Shown: one piece after another, positions 55,542-60,327 of the stretch
How the letters are laid out: the number at the start of each line of letters is the position of its first letter
Numbering within the stretch: the stretch's first letter is position 1
Source of the DNA: an uncultured Lachnospiraceae bacterium
GTDB lineage: Bacteria > Bacillota > Clostridia > Oscillospirales > CAG-272
Reading direction: 5' to 3'
Assembly: GCA_964463325.1 (NCBI GenBank)
Contig: CAYXBY010000002.1
Coordinates: forward strand, 1-60,327
Length of the DNA: 60,327 nt
Notes under the pieces: model-generated
Told to the model about the DNA's origin: nothing
Databases searched by the model: none
What the model saw: the letters and a program-made list of their open reading frames with translations, nothing else
Made by a program: the position numbers and the translations under genes

Positions 55542-56819
55542 ATGTCAAGCTACAAAATCGAGACTAAGTGTATTCAGTCGGGCTATACGCCCGAAAACGG
55601 TCAGCCGCGTGTGCTGCCGATATGCCAAAGCACTACATATAAATACGATAGCTCCGAGCATCTCGGTCGCCTGTTCGACCTTGAGGCGGAGGGGCACATG
55701 TATTCGCGCATTTCCAACCCCACCGTCACCTGCGTTGAGGATAAGCTGGCCGACCTTGAGGGCGGCACAGGTGCGGTGCTGCTTTCGTCCGGGCAGAGTG
55801 CAAACATGCTCGCCGTGCTCAACATAACCTCGGCAGGGCAGAACATCGTCGCGCTGACCTCGATCTACGGCGGCACCTTCAACCTGCTGGGCGTGACGCT
55901 GCGCCGCCTCGGCATTGAGACGCGCTTTGTGACCCCGGATATGAGCGATGAGCAGGTCGAGGCCGTCATTGACGACAAGACCCGCCTCATTTTTGGCGAG
56001 ACCATCGCCAACCCCGCGCTGAACGTGCTTGACATTGAGCGCTATGCGGCAATCGCGCACCGTCACAGCATACCGCTGGTGGTCGACAACACCTTTGCCA
56101 CGCCGGTGCTTTGTCGTCCTTTTGAGTTCGGCGCCGATATCGTTACACATTCCACCACAAAATATATGGACGGCCACGCGACGGTCGTCGGCGGCTGCGT
56201 CATCGACGGCGGACGCTTTGACTGGCGCTGCGGTAAGTTCCCGGAGCTGACCGAGCCGGATGAGTCCTATCACGGCGTCTCGTACACCGAAAATTTTGGC
56301 GTCGACCGGGCGTTTTTCACCAAATTGCGCGTCCAGCTGGTGCGCGATATCGGCAACCCCATGACCGCCACCAGTGCCTTCCTGCTCAATCTCGGCCTTG
56401 AGACGCTGCATCTGCGCATCGAGCGCCATTGCCAAAACGCACTGCGTGTCGCGCAGTGGCTGGAGAGCAACCCGCATGTCAGCTGGGTCAACTACCCGCT
56501 GCTGCCCTCCAACAGCCAGTATGCGCTGGCGAAAAAATACGTCCCGAACGGCGCCAGCGGTGTTATTTCGTTCGGCGTGCGCGGCGGGCGTGAGGCCGCC
56601 ATGCGCTTTATGGATCGGCTGCGGCTGGCGGCTATAGTCGTCCACGTGGCGGATGCCCGCACCAGCGTGTTGCATCCCGCCAGCACGACGCACCGCCAGC
56701 TGACGGATGAGCAGCTGGTCGACTGCGGCATCACGCCTGACCTCGTCCGTCTCAGCGTCGGCATCGAGAATGTCGACGACATAATCGCCGACCTCAGTCA
56801 GGCGCTCGACGCACAATAA
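55542..56819 (+). CDS. metY: O-acetylhomoserine aminocarboxypropyltransferase/sulfhydrylase
   Basis: Cys/Met-metabolism PLP enzyme with the PLP-Lys context HSTTKYMDGH. GGAGG RBS before ATG 55542. 425 aa. Confidence 0.92.
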   Translation: MSSYKIETKCIQSGYTPENGQPRVLPICQSTTYKYDSSEHLGRLFDLEAEGHMYSRISNPTVTCVEDKLADLEGGTGAVLLSSGQSANMLAVLNITSAGQNIVALTSIYGGTFNLLGVTLRRLGIETRFVTPDMSDEQVEAVIDDKTRLIFGETIANPALNVLDIERYAAIAHRHSIPLVVDNTFATPVLCRPFEFGADIVTHSTTKYMDGHATVVGGCVIDGGRFDWRCGKFPELTEPDESYHGVSYTENFGVDRAFFTKLRVQLVRDIGNPMTATSAFLLNLGLETLHLRIERHCQNALRVAQWLESNPHVSWVNYPLLPSNSQYALAKKYVPNGASGVISFGVRGGREAAMRFMDRLRLAAIVVHVADARTSVLHPASTTHRQLTDEQLVDCGITPDLVRLSVGIENVDDIIADLSQALDAQ

Positions 56820-56840
56820 AAAACAGGAGGTGGCGCCGCA

Positions 56841-57758
56841 ATGCCCATCAAGATACCCAACCGCCTGCCGGCGACCGGCACGCTGCTTGAGGAAAATATT
56901 TTCGTGATGACCGAGACCCGCGCCATCACGCAGGACATTCGTCCGCTGCATATACTTATGCTCAACCTCATGCCCACCAAGATCGTCACCGAAACACAGA
57001 TAGCGCGCCTGATCGGCAACACGCCACTTCAGGTCGAGCTTGAACTGCTGCAAACGGCGACGCATAAGGCGAGCCACACCTCGGCTGAGCATATGCTGGC
57101 CTTTTACCACACCTTCGACGAGGTGCGCGACCGCCGCTTTGACGGCATGATAATCACCGGTGCACCGGTCGAGCAGATGGATTTTGAAGCGGTGGAGTAT
57201 TGGGACGAGTTGTGCGAGATAATGGAGTGGAGCCGGACGCATGTCACCAGCACGCTGCACATCTGCTGGGGGGCGCAGGCGGGGCTGTACTACCATTTCG
57301 GCATTCCCAAATACCCGCTGGAGCAAAAGCTTTTCGGTGTTTTCAAGCACTCTGCCGACTATCGCCGCTCCATGCTCATGCGCGGCTTTGATGACGAATT
57401 CTGGGTCCCGCATTCCCGCCACACCGAGGTGCGCCGCGAGGACATCGAGCAGCATCCCGAGCTCAAGATCATAGCCTCGTCGCCCGAGGCGGGTGTGCTT
57501 ATCTGCATGACCGAGCGCGGCAAGCAGGTGTTTGTCACCGGCCATTCGGAGTACGACGCGAACACGCTGGAGCTCGAATACCGACGCGACCTTGAGGCTG
57601 GGCTGCCGATAGCTGTCCCGGTCAATTATTACCCCGACGACGACGACACCCGCCCGCCGCTGGTGCGCTGGCGCAGCTGTGCCAACCTGCTGTATTCCAA
57701 CTGGCTCAACTACTTTGTCTACCAGACCACGCCGTATGATATCAATGAGATCAAATAA
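56841..57758 (+). CDS. metA: homoserine O-acyltransferase MetA
   Basis: [23 protein letters not shown]...[11 protein letters not shown]-terminus and active-site Cys region [12 protein letters not shown]. Confidence 0.93.
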   Translation: MPIKIPNRLPATGTLLEENIFVMTETRAITQDIRPLHILMLNLMPTKIVTETQIARLIGNTPLQVELELLQTATHKASHTSAEHMLAFYHTFDEVRDRRFDGMIITGAPVEQMDFEAVEYWDELCEIMEWSRTHVTSTLHICWGAQAGLYYHFGIPKYPLEQKLFGVFKHSADYRRSMLMRGFDDEFWVPHSRHTEVRREDIEQHPELKIIASSPEAGVLICMTERGKQVFVTGHSEYDANTLELEYRRDLEAGLPIAVPVNYYPDDDDTRPPLVRWRSCANLLYSNWLNYFVYQTTPYDINEIK

Positions 57759-57773
57759 AGAGAGATGATCTGA

Positions 57774-58313
57774 ATGAAGACCCCGAATGTCAGGCGGCCG
57801 GTGCTGTCGGCGCTCATGGCGGCGCTAACCTGCCTCTCGACCATGATAGTGCTGCAATATTCGCCGGCAGGCGGGTATGTCCACCTCGGCGACTGCTTGG
57901 TGCTGCTGTGCGGTTTTATTCTCGGCCCGCTGTGGGGCGGACTGGCCGCCGGCGTCGGTTCGGCGCTGACCGACATGCTGCTGTCGTCGCCGCAATATAT
58001 ACCGGTCACGTTTGTCATTAAGTGGGGCGTCGCCGCGCTGGCGGTCACGATGAGCCGCGGATTGCACCGTGCCGTGCATCGCGCTCGTCGCACACTGCCG
58101 CTCATGACGGCGGCCGCCGTGGCGGGCGAGCTGCTCATGGTGGCTGGCTACTTCGCATTCGAGACCGTGCTGTACGGTGTCGGCGGAGCGCTGTCGGGTG
58201 TGATCGGTAACCTGATACAGGGCGGCTTCGCCGTCGTGCTGGCGACGGTGCTGCTGCTCCCGCTCGCACGGGTGCGCTATTTTGAGGTGCTTATGGACGA
58301 GTGGCAGGGCTGA
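57774..58313 (+). CDS. ECF transporter S (substrate-binding) component, substrate unknown
   Basis: 179 aa with about 6 TM segments. GYVHLGDCLVLLCGFILGPLWGGLAAGVGSALTDML resembles ECF S-component (PF12822-like) signatures. No adjacent A or T genes. Confidence 0.65.
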   Translation: MKTPNVRRPVLSALMAALTCLSTMIVLQYSPAGGYVHLGDCLVLLCGFILGPLWGGLAAGVGSALTDMLLSSPQYIPVTFVIKWGVAALAVTMSRGLHRAVHRARRTLPLMTAAAVAGELLMVAGYFAFETVLYGVGGALSGVIGNLIQGGFAVVLATVLLLPLARVRYFEVLMDEWQG

Positions 58314-58327
58314 GACACCTTATTTCT

Positions 58328-58358
58328 CGGTCGGCTGCGCGGTCGACTGGGCTTTTTT
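58328..58358 (+). terminator. probable terminator after the S-component gene
   Basis: The imperfect palindrome CGGTCGGCTGCGCGGTCGACTG (58328-58349) gives about 8 bp including G-U pairs. It is followed by GGC and T6 (58353-58358). Confidence 0.45.
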
Positions 58359-58412
58359 GCCATATATGCGGCATAATTCGGTGGAGGATGGCGATATGAG
58401 GTCATTTTTCTA

Positions 58413-58441
58413 TTGACTTTGGCCGCGCGATATGCTATAAT
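58413..58441 (+). promoter_or_regulatory. consensus sigma-70-type promoter for lysS
   Basis: TTGACT (58413-58418), 17 nt, TATAAT (58436-58441). Confidence 0.6.
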
Positions 58442-58489
58442 TTTAGTGATTATTGATAACAAACATTTTTGCATCAAGGAGATTTCAAA

Positions 58490-59971
58490 ATGGCAAATGA
58501 ACAGCTGCTGTCGCTCTCCGAGCAGGAGCAGGTACGGCGTCAAAAGCTCGAAAAGCTGACTGCCGAGGGCAAGAATCCCTACGTCAAGACTCGCTTTGAA
58601 GTCACTGCCCATTCGACTGATATAATAAATGGCTTTGAGGCCATGGAGGGTCAGGATTGCTCGATCGCCGGACGCATGATGACCCGCCGCATTATGGGCA
58701 AGGCCTCCTTTATACATGTTTCAGACCGCTATGGCGAAATACAGGTCTACGTCAAGCGCGACGACGTTGGGGAGGAGGAGTATGCCTCCTTCAAAAAGGA
58801 TTATGACATCGGCGATATCGTCGGCGTCAGCGGCTTTGTGTTCAGAACCGGCACGGGCGAGATATCCGTTCACGCCAAAAAGATAGAGATACTGTCCAAG
58901 GCGTTGCGTCCGTTGCCCGAGAAGTATAACGGTTTGCGTGATGTCGATGCCAAGTATCGTCACCGCGAGCTCGATCTTATAATGAATGAGGACGTGCGCG
59001 ACACCTTTGTCAAGCGCAGCCGTATCATCAATTCGCTGCGGAATTACCTTAATTCCAAAGGCTTTTTGGAGGTCGATACGCCGATATTGCAGACAGTTGA
59101 GATAGGCGCTGCGGCGCGTCCCTTCCTGACGCACCACAATACGCTGGATATCGACATGGTGCTGCGCATCGAGACCGAGCTTTTCCTGAAGCGGCTGATC
59201 GTCGGCGGCTTTGAGCGGGTCTACGAGGTTGGGCGGATATTCCGCAACGAGGGCATGGACACCAAGCATAACCCCGAGTTCACCACCATTGAGCTGTATC
59301 AGGCCTACACCGATTTCCACGGCATGATGGATCTTGTCGAGGAGATGATGAAGACGGTCGTCACCGAGGTGTGCGGCTCGACGGTCATCACCTACCAGGG
59401 CAAGGAGATAGACCTCGGCCACTGGGAGCGCATGACCATGATAGAGGCGGTCAAGAAGTATTCCGGCGTGGATTTCGCGCAGATCGGCACCGACGAGGAG
59501 GCTATTGCCATTGCACGCGAGAAGCATGTCGAGCTGCCCGCAGTTCCCACCAAGGGCTCGATATTGGCCGAGTTCTTTGACGCATTTGTCGAGGAAAACC
59601 TCATCCAGCCGACGTTTATATATGATTACCCGGTTGAAAATTCGCCGCTGGCCAAGCGCAAGCCGTCCGATCCGATGTTCACCGAGCGCTTTGAGTATTT
59701 CATCAATGCGACCGAGTTTGGCAATGCCTTCTCTGAGCTGAACGACCCAATCGACCAGAAGGCGCGCTTCGAGCGGCAGATCGCCGAGCGCAAAAAGCTC
59801 GATCCCAACACGACCGCGCAGGTGGATTACGACTTCATCATGGCGCTTGAGCACGGTATGCCGCCCACAGGCGGCCTCGGCTTTGGAGTTGACCGTCTGG
59901 TCATGCTGCTGACCGATTCGCCGTCCATTCGCGATGTGCTGCTGTTCCCGACGATGAAGCCACTCGACTGA
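58490..59971 (+). CDS. lysS: lysyl-tRNA synthetase (class II)
   Basis: OB-fold N-terminal domain and class II motif 2 region FRNEGMDTKHNPEFT. AAGGAG RBS before ATG 58490. 493 aa. Confidence 0.96.
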   Translation: MANEQLLSLSEQEQVRRQKLEKLTAEGKNPYVKTRFEVTAHSTDIINGFEAMEGQDCSIAGRMMTRRIMGKASFIHVSDRYGEIQVYVKRDDVGEEEYASFKKDYDIGDIVGVSGFVFRTGTGEISVHAKKIEILSKALRPLPEKYNGLRDVDAKYRHRELDLIMNEDVRDTFVKRSRIINSLRNYLNSKGFLEVDTPILQTVEIGAAARPFLTHHNTLDIDMVLRIETELFLKRLIVGGFERVYEVGRIFRNEGMDTKHNPEFTTIELYQAYTDFHGMMDLVEEMMKTVVTEVCGSTVITYQGKEIDLGHWERMTMIEAVKKYSGVDFAQIGTDEEAIAIAREKHVELPAVPTKGSILAEFFDAFVEENLIQPTFIYDYPVENSPLAKRKPSDPMFTERFEYFINATEFGNAFSELNDPIDQKARFERQIAERKKLDPNTTAQVDYDFIMALEHGMPPTGGLGFGVDRLVMLLTDSPSIRDVLLFPTMKPLD

Positions 59972-60027
59972 GAAAATCACTGTGTTACGAACTTCAGTCG
60001 ATAGCTTCAGACTCGTTTAAGGCCTAT

Positions 60028-60068
60028 GAGCACTTCTTAGAGTTACTCTGAGAAGTGCTCTTTTTTTT
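60028..60068 (+). terminator. lysS intrinsic terminator
   Basis: GAGCACTTCTTAGAG (60028-60042), loop TTA, CTCTGAGAAGTGCTC (60046-60060). The stem is 15 bp with one G-U, followed by T8 (60061-60068). Confidence 0.9.
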
Positions 60069-60139
60069 GCAGTCATTATAAAAAATGCACATTGGCGATA
60101 AAACCGCAGTGCTTGATCAACAGCTTACCCACATCAATG

Positions 60140-60157
60140 GTAAAATAAAAATTTTAC
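60140..60157. promoter_or_regulatory. AT-rich palindrome upstream of the XRE-type gene (candidate operator)
   Basis: GTAAAAT-AAAA-ATTTTAC, about 75 nt upstream of ATG 60234. A TGATATAAT extended -10 lies at 60198-60206. Confidence 0.25.
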
Positions 60158-60233
60158 TATTTCTACTACCGGTGCGTTCCTTTTGCCGTATTTATATGAT
60201 ATAATAAAGCCATCAAAGGCAAGGAGACGCGTT

Positions 60234-60327
60234 ATGAGAGTAAAACTTTCTGAAAATATCAAGAAATTCCGTAAGGAAAGAAAGATGACACAAGAGCAGC
60301 TTGCAGAAGCAATGGGCGTTAGTGTCA
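60234..60327 (+). CDS. XRE-family helix-turn-helix transcriptional regulator, 3'-truncated at window edge (not in the ORF track)
   Basis: Hand translation: MRVKLSENIKKFRKERKMTQEQLAEAMGVSV..., the canonical HTH_3 start. AAGGAG RBS at 60221-60226. Confidence 0.75.
   Translation, partial: MRVKLSENIKKFRKERKMTQEQLAEAMGVSV

Noticed and set aside
58314-58489. T-box leader upstream of lysS. The regions upstream of leuS and metY were also checked for T-box or S-box elements.
   Set aside because: The promoter-to-ATG distances are only about 45 nt (lysS) and about 25 nt (metY), and leuS overlaps rsfS. No T-box or specifier-like sequence, nor a SAM-riboswitch core, was visible.
1-60327. Search by eye for tRNA, rRNA, tmRNA, transposase, integrase, restriction-modification, toxin-antitoxin or other defence genes.
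   Set aside because: I found no tRNA-like T-arm/acceptor patterns, no rRNA-like stretches and no ORF with motifs from those families. The only accessory-looking signal is the truncated XRE-type gene at the right edge.

Overview
GC-rich (judged by eye, not computed) chromosomal segment whose gene content and order fit the core genome of a Clostridia-type Firmicute, possibly Oscillospiraceae/Ruminococcaceae-like (inference only). I call about 58 protein genes in seven alternating strand blocks, and almost all are housekeeping. They include translation genes (proS, leuS, lysS, rpsU, rpsP, rpsB, tsf, truA, rsuA-like, rsfS, yhbY), secretion and chaperones (ylxM-ffh, htpG, a Clp ATPase), DNA repair (ruvC, uvrB), and central metabolism (aconitase-icd, ldh, glpK, a phosphohexomutase, ispE, plsY, nadD, metY-metA). 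There is also an ECF energising module (ecfA1-ecfA2-ecfT) plus one orphan S component. rpsU (18274-18450) and a truncated XRE-type gene at the right edge (60234-60327) are absent from the ORF track. I found no rRNA, tRNA, CRISPR array, transposase, integrase or recognisable defence or toxin gene. Many near-consensus sigma-70-type promoters (TTGACA-17-TATAAT, often with an extended TGn) and intrinsic terminators can be read directly. I do not see convincing evidence for a complete novel multi-gene system. The best leads are: (1) a structured ~122-bp repeat array between an APH(3')-like gene and uvrB, which also supplies the last 24 codons of that gene; (2) an operon joining an exported transglutaminase-like protein to DltA/DltC/DltB-like genes with no DltD or DltX; (3) a shortened prephenate-dehydratase/ACT-like protein inside a transporter-htpG-TSCPD-phosphohexomutase gene string; (4) a Clp ATPase whose N domain is replaced by a CxxC...CxxC zinc-ribbon-like module; (5) terminator hairpins that abut the RBS of the next gene (ldh, the DUF4830-like gene and others); (6) a drop in GC after the lysS terminator into an XRE-type gene at the window edge. 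The long antisense ORFs in the track are treated as GC-rich artefacts.
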